From Octopus vulgaris (Eukaryota), in NCBI GenBank assembly GCA_951406725.2, contig OX597842.1, positions 24,552,001-24,616,000 of the forward strand: a stretch of DNA of 64,000 nt. The letters are read 5' to 3'. A model generated the notes under the pieces. The model did no database searches. It saw only the letters and a list, made by a program, of their open reading frames with translations, and was not told the DNA's origin. The translations under genes and the position numbers were made by a program. Positions 53,438 through 64,000 of this stretch are shown piece by piece. The stretch's first letter is position 1. Each line of letters begins with the position of its first letter.

Positions 53438-56400
53438 GAAATTTGTTCTGTAATTTTGGTAGGGATTCAGCAATAATAACAAGGTCATCAGCTTCGAAGA
53501 GATCCCAAGGGCAGCCAATCTTACCAACCACTCATCTCTCCCTAGCTTCTCTATTTCTCACCAAATAATAGAGTAGGGGACTCTGTCAAAAGCTTTTTCC
53601 ATGTCAACAAAATCCAAATGCAAAGATATATCTTTGACCAAGTACTTCTGCTTTTGCCTCACCAGGAAGATAGCATTGCTGGTGCTTCTACTTGATACAA
53701 TTCTACACCTTGATCTATGGAACTTACATTTATATATGAGGAGACCTATTGAGTCAAGTACATCAACATCAAAAAATCAAATGGAAATTGTAGTTGTGAT
53801 ACCTGTGCCGGTGGCAAGTAAAAAGCACCATCCGAACATGGCTGATGCCAGCACCACCTTGACTGGCTTCCTTGCTGGTAAAAAGCACCAACCGATCATA
53901 GCCGTTGCCAGCCTTGCCTGACACCTGTGCTGGTGGCATGTAAAATGCACCCACTACACTCACGGAGTGGTTGGCATTAGGAAGGAATTTAAGATTGGCT
54001 GCCCTTGGGATCTCTTCCAAGCTGATGACCTTGTTCTTATTGCTGAATCCCTACCACAATTAGAGAACAAATTTCAGGTATGGAAGCAAAATCTGGATTG
54101 AAAAACCATACAGTAAATTTAGCAAAGACCAAAGAGAGATCCTGTCAGGGAGATGGCCCTGCTCGGCATAGAGAAAAGGGCATCCAGCTGTAGAAACACT
54201 GCCAGATCAGACTGGGCCTGGTGCAGCCTTCTGGCTTCCCAGACCACAGTCGAACCATCCAAAACGGACACTAAACGATGATGATGCTGTGAATGTGAGA
54301 TAATGAGTTGGCACAAAAGAACTACCATTTGAGCCTTATCTATGCCACTGCTATCTGGCTGCGCCCCCTTCCGTGCCAGTCACACTTGAAAAACACCCAC
54401 TACACTCTTGTTGTTAAGCAACAAGACAGGTAAGGGAAATAAAAAATCTTTGGTCGTCTTGTTGCAGTCGAGGGCGCTTTCCATTGACGCCCGACACCAC
54501 TGGGAGGTGGCCCTTGAAGTCACTGGAAATGGAGATCTCCAGGTCCAAATTCTTGGACAGCCCCGCTACACTCTCGGAGTGGTTGGCATTAGGAAGGGCA
54601 CCCAGCTGTAGAAACTCTGCCAGATCAGATTGGAGCCTGGTGCAGCCATCTGGCTCACCAGCCCTCAGTCAAAATCGTCCAACCTATGCCAGTATGGAAA
54701 GTGGATGTTAAATGATGATCAACCATTTACATTTTTACAATAGATATTTATAGGGAAGTCCCATGTTGAATAATTCTAACCAATTGCATTGTAAACTACA
54801 GCAATTTTAGAACGGGACAACATTGCATAGTGCCAAAGATCCCGGCAATGACATCATGCTTCAGGACCAGCTTCTGCAACAGGCTGGGTTTCAAGGGCCC
54901 ACAGCTTTTTAATATTCTCCCAAAGAGTCTGAGGAACTTGCACAAGGTAGATGTAGTGATTTTTAAATCAAAGCTGGACATCTTCCTGTCGAGAGTCCCA
55001 GATGAATCTACCTCACGGCAAGAGGTGCAAATGAGAGTAGCTATATCAAACTCCATTCTTCACCAAGTGCCACATATTAGAGGAAGTTCTTCGTAATAAC
55101 ATTTTAGTACAAAACGGTGGTGCATCAGCATGGCCGCAGCTCTGAGCTGAAACAAGAAAAAAAAAAATTGGTACCAAACAGATAATCAACATATTTAACA
55201 ATGAAGACATTGCATGCTTTCACTTGAAATGTGACTTATCCCCACATTTCGCCTATGAAATTTAATTTGTCACCCGTCATGCTACAAAGAAATTTTGCTG
55301 TTTTTCTCAACATAGGCGCAGGAGTGGCTGTGTGGAAAGTAGCTTGCTTATGAACCATAAGGTTCCGGGTTCAGCCCCATTGCATGGCATCTTGGTCAAG
55401 TGTCTTCTACTATAGCCTTGGCTTGACCAAAGCCTTGTGAGCAGATTTGGTAGACGGAAACTGAAAGAAGCCCGTCATATATATATATATATGTGTGTTT
55501 GTGTTTGTCCCCCTAGCATTGCTTGACAACCGATGCTGGTGTGTTTATGTCCCCGTCACTTAGTGGTTCGGCAAAAGAGACCGATAGAATAAGTACTGGG
55601 CTTACAAAAGAATAAGTCCTGGGGTCGATTTGCTCGATTAAAGGCGGTGCTCCAGTCAAATGACTGAAACAAGTAAAAGAGTATAGGCATAGGAGTGGCT
55701 GTGTGGTAAGTTTCTTGCTTCTGAACCATAAGGTTCCGGGTTCAGTCCCACTACGTGGCACCTTGGGCAAGTGTTTTCTACTATAGCCTCGGACCGACTG
55801 AAACCTTGTAAGTGGATTTGGTAGACAAAAACTGAAAGAAGCCCATCATATATATGTATATATATATGTGTGTGTAAGTTTGTATGTCTATATTTCTCCC
55901 CCCAACATCGCTTGACAATTGAAGCTGGTGCGTTTATGTCTCTGTAACTTAGCGGTTCGGCAAAAGTGACTGATAGAATAAGTATTGGGCTTACAAAGAA
56001 TAAGTCCTGGTGTTTATTTGCTTGACTAAAGGCGGTGCTCCACCATGGCCACTGTCAAATGACTGAAACATGTAGAAGAGATAGGTTTCCCTATTTTCTT
56101 CCATATACAGTCAACTCTCGCTACTTTGCCACCCTGTGGGACTGAGCCAAAGTGGCATAGTACCGAGGGTCTGTTATCTAAACACTACATAACCAAAAAT
56201 TTACTGAACATACGAATAAAAATTCATAGGGTAGGAAGTAAGGCCAATAAGAAGTTCAATGCAATGGTAAAAAGAAGACATCCATGTTTATTAAGTTCAA
56301 ATTGCTTTTAGTTAATCCTGAAGCTCTCAAAAATTGTCGGCTGACTCATCTACTTTCGGCGGTTTTCATTCATTTCATTGTCTAGCCTATCATACGCCTG

Positions 56401-58503
56401 CATGACCCTGGGTTCTCCGCTGCTCTTCTGCTGCATAAACTTTCGGATAGTGCTCCATGCTCTCTGGGCATCTGCAAAACTGGCATAGTAGGGAGAGTTC
56501 ACTGTATCCATATTTATTATTGAAATATCACTTCCAATGTCTAACTGAAGTTTAATATGTATTCCAATCATTTTTACGTGTACGAATTTTGTTTCTGTTC
56601 AGAGCCCTCTAGGATCTTTAATGGTTAATCTTCAGAATTTAGTTCTGCAGTGTGAATTTCTGTATATTCAGTGTTGTAAGGCCTTGTACCAAAAGAAGAC
56701 ACCTGAATATTTTAGGTGTAAATTCTTTGAGTTTAAAAATATTCACACATTCTGTTAATTGTTACTGCGTATGTGATAAAATCACCATCCTCTTTTTTCA
56801 TTATATTCCAAAACACCATCCAAGTGTTAGAGAAGTTTTATCACCGAATATGTTAGACAGTAATTCTATTGTTTCTTTAAAACAAATTTCATTGAGTTTT
56901 TTCGGGTAATATGAAATTAAAATAATGTTCATACTCAGATGGGGCTCATTTATGTCATAATAACCTTACTTTTTCTGTGTCTGACCATGTCTTACAATCA
57001 TCCTTAAAAATTAGCTGCTGTAGTACAATGCAACAGTTATACCATCCTCTGGGTTATAACTGGATTCATCGAGTCCAAAACGTCGTCTGGCAAAAATGTA
57101 CTTCCCTCATTTTTGGACTTCTTTGAATAAAGCTCCAATAATTGTTGTTGTTGCTGCCTTTGTCGTTGATTTTTCAACAGTTTTAAAGAAGCTAATTAGT
57201 CTTCCATGATTTAACAATTTTGTATCACAAAAATTTGTTAACTGACCTGCAAGAGCTTCGAAACCCTCATCGCCAGATGTTGTAACATAATTGTTCCGTA
57301 CAATAAATAAGATAACCAGAAAATTGTAACAACAATCTAATGAACTAACAAATCTTTTAAGAACCAAGATTCAATATTCCTTAGGAAGTAAACCAAGCGA
57401 CACCTTCCGACTTCACTTCACTCTGAACCGCAAACTCACTCAGATCGTTACTATTTATACTTTACTCGGAGCAGTCTATCTCTCACAAGGGGACATGGTA
57501 ACTCTCATCACAACAGGTGCCATTCTAACCAGATGCCCATCATAAATCCCTGCTTGGTGTCTGGTAAGAACAAGACCATGAAAACCTGCTCTACAGAATG
57601 ATTTAGCAAAAAATAAGTATGATGATAATCACTTGCATGGGTTGAGCGGGGATGTGCTTGAACCATAGGTAGAGTGGGGCATTAGGCTTTTGAAAAATAT
57701 TTCCCACTCTACACCCAAAACTGTGACAAACAGCAATAAGCCTCCAGCTAGTGCCAGAATATGTGGGCAGTAGCACAAAGGGTGCAGATCCTGGGATCCC
57801 TGAGTGTGTCCAGCAGAGGATAACTGATCACGGCTGGGAACTGGAGTGTAATACATTTGTGTCAAAATAATATATCCTCAAGAAAACAGAGCAAATTAAT
57901 ATAATCAATATTGTTTGAATAAAAAACACAAATCGTAATTAGTGAGTTGATGCAAATGAGGAAAATGTGAAAAATGAATTTATTTTGTAAAAAGTAATAC
58001 ATTTGCTGTATTTTATTCAGCAGGACATCTGTTTTATCACTGATATTGTTATTGATCAATATGAATAAGTATATGTTTAGTTAAGGTAGATTATTGAGAG
58101 AATGATTTAGCACAGATTACACAGTCATCAGAATCTTCTCCTGTATGAATATGTTTGTGTTTAGTTTATTATTTCTCTCTATGAAAGAATGACTTGTCCC
58201 AGATGTCACAATGATATGATTTCTCTCCTGTATGAATGTATTTGTGATGAGTTCAATATTGTTCCACAGAGAATGATTTACCTCAGATATCACAGCAATA
58301 GAGTTTCTCTCCTGTATGAATACGTTTATAAGTATATACAGCATATTCCTGAGAGAATGATTTGCTGCAGACATCACAGTCACATAGTTTCTCTCCAGTA
58401 TGAGCAGACTTGTAATTAATTAAATATTTTCTTAAACGGAATAATTTACTGCAGATACTACAGTGCTATGGTTTGTCCCCTGTATTAATGCATTTGTGTC
58501 CAT

Positions 58504-60185
<1,682 letters not shown>

Positions 60186-61271
60186 TATTGTTCTGTAGTA
60201 TACAGACAGAAAATATATTTTCCCCTTCTTCTTTATATATATCTTCTACAGCAAATCTGATCTTGAATATCTGAAAATGATACAAACACCTTTCCAGATT
60301 TTCTCACGTTCAAACACAATGCAAAATACTTTTGTAAATATTCCTGGCAATGAGGAAAACAAAGGTTGCTATTAATTCAGAAGAAATATTTCACCGTTAT
60401 TCACCATAGATATATTATACAAACAGAATTATTATCTATTATTTATAACGGCTGACATTCGTTTTTAAAACATGATCAATATTCATGATGTATCTCACGT
60501 AAAACTCCTTTATACGAGTATCTGAAATGACACAGAAACAGTAGAAGATATAGGAAAGACTTAAAAAGCAAAGGTTTAACAATAAAAATTATAACTACAT
60601 TTCCATAATGATAAACTGTGGATATAAACTGTTGCCCGAATAAATTACACTTTAAAATGATACTCATGACACAAGACATTACTTTCGTCTATTATGACCT
60701 GAGTCATAAATCTAATACTTTCTCTAGTTTAGTTTCAATGCACCCAAACAAACAAAAGGAAAAGCAGTGTAAATAACGGACAGAGTCAAAACTATTGAAA
60801 AGGTTGCAAGACGCAACGAAAATTTTAGGAAAAAAGTAAATAAGTAAGAAATAACTGCAAAATTTTACCGATGAGTGTGCTAAATTATAAGGCACAAAAA
60901 GAAAATGACTCTCCCCAGACACAACAGAATATGCTTCAATACACGAATTCATATAAAGAAAATTGCAAACCAAATAGAATTAATATCTGTTTCTTTATTA
61001 CCCACAAGGGGCGAAACACGGACGGGACAAACAAGGACAGACAAACGGATTAAGTCGATTACATTGACTCCAGTGCGTAACTGGTACTTAATTTATCGAC
61101 CCCGGAGGATGAAAGGCAAAGTCGACCTTGGCGGAATTTGAACCCAGAACGTAACGGCGGACGAAATTAATATCGATGTCAGACTAGCAATATTGAATAC
61201 TTTCATTATTGTCTGGACTTTCGAATTTTCCAGGTTCTTCTGCTTTCACTAAAAATAAAATATGTACGATA

Positions 61272-61405
61272 TCTTACCTGTTATGATAAATAAATCAGTG
61301 CTAAAAGTCAATTAACGCAAACCACACCCAACAAGCCATTCAGCGGGAAACGTAATTTAAAGAAAGCTCAAAAAATAGACATGGAATGTTGACGAAACGA
61401 ACTAA
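61272..61405 (-). promoter_or_regulatory. Putative first exon of ZNF A3
   Basis: Minus strand TTAGTTCGTTTCGTCAAC ... CAG|GTAAGA (exon ends at 61278). Confidence 0.55.
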
Positions 61406-61782
61406 ATATCCGGATGTTGTATATATCGTAATACTATACATTTATCGGATGCTAAAACTAAGTTGGTAAATTCTCAATGTTTTTTATTGGTATAATTACT
61501 TTTCAAAAATGTGAGTTATGAGGAAAAATCCAAATGATGACAAAACATACAGAACTGACTGCTTATTTTCATATCTATTGGTACTTTTCCACTATCCTGT
61601 TACCGAACCCTTAAATTACAGGGACGGAACGAAACAAACTCGACTTTGTCAAAGAGGGACGGAGGGAAAACAGGAAGACTCGTGTGTGTTATTTCTACCT
61701 GTGTTCGAAAACCATTGTTACTTTGTTTACATTCCTGTAACTTCGTTGTATATATTACGATATATACAACATCAGTATATAT

Positions 61783-61917
61783 TCAGTTCGTTTCGTCAAT
61801 ATTCCATGTCTATTTTTTTGAGCTTTCTTTCAATTACGTTTCCCACTGAATGGCTTTTTGGGTGTAGTTTGCGTTAATTGACTTTTAGCACTGATTTATT
61901 TATCATAACAGGTAAGA
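61783..61917 (+). promoter_or_regulatory. Putative first exon (A-type) upstream of ZNF C3
   Basis: TCAGTTCGTTTCGTCAAT ... CAG|GTAAGA (61911/61912). Confidence 0.55.
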
Positions 61918-63941
61918 TATCGTACATATTTTATTTTTAGTGAAAGCAGAAGAACCTGGAAAATTCGAAAGTCCAGACAATAATGAAAGTATTCAATGTT
62001 GCTAGTCTGACATCGATATTAATTTCGTCCGCCGTTACGTTCTGGGTTCAAATTCCGCCGAGGTCGACTTTGCCTTTCATCCTTCGGGGTCGATAAATTA
62101 AGTACCAGTTACGCACTGGAGTCAATGTAATCGACTTAATCCGTTTGTCTGTCCCGTCCGTGTTTCGCCCCTTGTGGGTAATAAAGAAACAGATATTAAT
62201 TCTATTTGGTTTGCAAGGTTCTTTATATGAATTCGTGTATTGAAGCATATTCTGTTGTGTCTGGGGAGAGTCATTTTCTTTTTGTGCCTTATAATTTAAC
62301 ACACTCATCGGTAAAATTTTGCAGTTATTTCTTATTATTTACTTTTTTCCTAAAATTTTCGTTGTAGGATCGACTACTTACGACTAGCTAGCGCGTACCG
62401 GGTCCAGTCTTCGCTAGTAGTACCTATGCTTTTGTGTTTTATTTACTTTGTTTTAAAAAGAAAGGCGATCTTACGGTATAAGTACCGGTGTACTTCCGGA
62501 AGTACTGGATACATTTCAAAAAGTTGTTTTTTTATATGTGGGTGGGTGGGGGAGGGTTTATGTTATCTTTAGAAATGTAAACAAAGTCACGTGTGTACCT
62601 ATACCGAAGGATCGCCATTCTGTCCTGGCTCTCCTCTTCATGCGTCAATTCACAGAACACTTTCTCTAAATTAGTGACCACACCTTCAACATATGTGAGT
62701 GCAGTTTGTTTTTATTATTAATAAAGTTACGAGAGGAAAAGTCATGATGGGTTGGTTCACTAAATTGTAGTTTATGTTTGATCTGTTACAGAAGTTGTAA
62801 CAATCATGAACATTACCTAATTTCATTAATAATAGATCTGCTCAGTCAGGGATAACCTAGGGTTAAACAGTAGTCACTTATCATATTATTGTCCAATATC
62901 CTATAGTTGAACCCTTTATTGTTTAAACCGGCCATATCAGGCCCAGATATTCTGCATGTTTTATATTCAAACTGGCGGTATCTGACCTCTCACACCTAAC
63001 CTACATTGACATTCTAGAAATAAACAATCACATCATTGAAACCTTAAAGCTATAAGATAATGCATGATTAATTCAAAACAATTTGAGTGAAAAAGGATTA
63101 CATTTAACAGAATAATCTGAACACTAAAGGGATAATGTTTTCCATAATATCTGAAGGAAGAGGAACTGAAGTCCGTGTATATGTAGACATTACACAAGGT
63201 TGTATCATATAATTTTAATAACAAAATAAATTTCAAAGACCACACCCTTTTGTTACTAACCCGGCCAAAACCGGCTCTGGCTCTGTGGAAAAATGTCTTT
63301 TCATAAGTTTTGAATTAAAATCTTCCACGAAACCTTAGTTACAATTTATGTTCCTAACACTAGTTGAATAACTAAGTTAGTTTACTAAGTTCTTTATTAT
63401 ATTTAAAATAATTGAAAGAAACACACTGAATCTCAAAAGAAATATGGTAACAAAAGGGTTACCATATTATAAATTACCATAAATAAATTTCAAAGACAAA
63501 TTAAAGGATTATATCCACAGTTTATCATTATGAAGATGTAGTTATATTTTTTTTATAGTTGAATCTCTGCTTTTTAAGTCTTTCCTATATCTTCTTCTGT
63601 TTCTGTGTCATTTCAGGTGGTGAAATGTTAGTGATACTTCATGAATATTGATCATCTAATGGAAGATGTTATAAATATTTGACATAACTCTGTTTATACG
63701 ATTTGTCTATGGTGGAAAACTGAAATATTTCTTCTGAATTAATGGCAACATTTGTTTCCATCATTGCCTGGAATATTTGCTAAAGTATTTCACATTCTGT
63801 TTGGAGCGGGAGATATCTGCAAAGGTGTTTGTATCATCTTCAGATATTGATGAAGATCAGAACTGCTGGAAACATAAGCAATAGAAATATATAAAAAAGG
63901 AAGCAAAATTATATTTTGTGCTTGTATACTATAGAACAATA

Positions 63942-64000
63942 ATGAATCCTCAAGAGATGACAAAAGAAAGAGAAAAATTATCACACCAATGTGATATCTG
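63942..64000 (+). CDS. Start of C2H2 zinc-finger gene C3 (runs off the window)
   Basis: MNPQEMTKEREKLSHQCDI; 62359-64000 is a direct duplicate of ~42980-44625. Confidence 0.85.
   Translation, partial: MNPQEMTKEREKLSHQCDI

Larger units (their letters stand above)
60814..62364. repeat. Small palindrome with arms ~60814-61433 and ~61753-62364 and a ~320-bp spacer
   Basis: Mirror ORFs 60871+/62308-; exon, SINE and flank all reverse-complement identical apart from a few changes. Confidence 0.92.

Overview
AT-rich eukaryotic DNA, most likely an octopus or other coleoid cephalopod (inferred from the repeat types and the style of the TGEKP/HKYIH zinc-finger arrays; no database check). The window is a cluster of nine C2H2 zinc-finger genes with no recognisable effector domain, from three paralog types: A (MNGLEM), B (MNPPEM) and C (MNPQEM). 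Their order is A1+ B1- A2+ B2- C1- | C2+ B3+ A3- C3+. The cluster is built from a direct duplication (A1-B1 vs A2-B2), a palindrome with ~18-kb arms centred near 41.6 kb, and two smaller inverted repeats centred near 21 kb and 61.6 kb. Each of the three inversion centres lies between head-to-head copies of a conserved ~125-nt putative non-coding first exon. There are seven such exons for nine genes: B2 and B3 have none and lie downstream of C1/C2 on the same strand. Flanks of paralogs are near-identical, but their 84-bp finger arrays differ in finger number and order. A young full-length Ty3/Gypsy element (2719-8560, minus strand) sits in the putative intron 1 of A1. SINEs, LINE fragments and MITEs fill the rest. 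Exon and promoter calls, TE superfamily names and identity estimates were made by eye and remain inferences.
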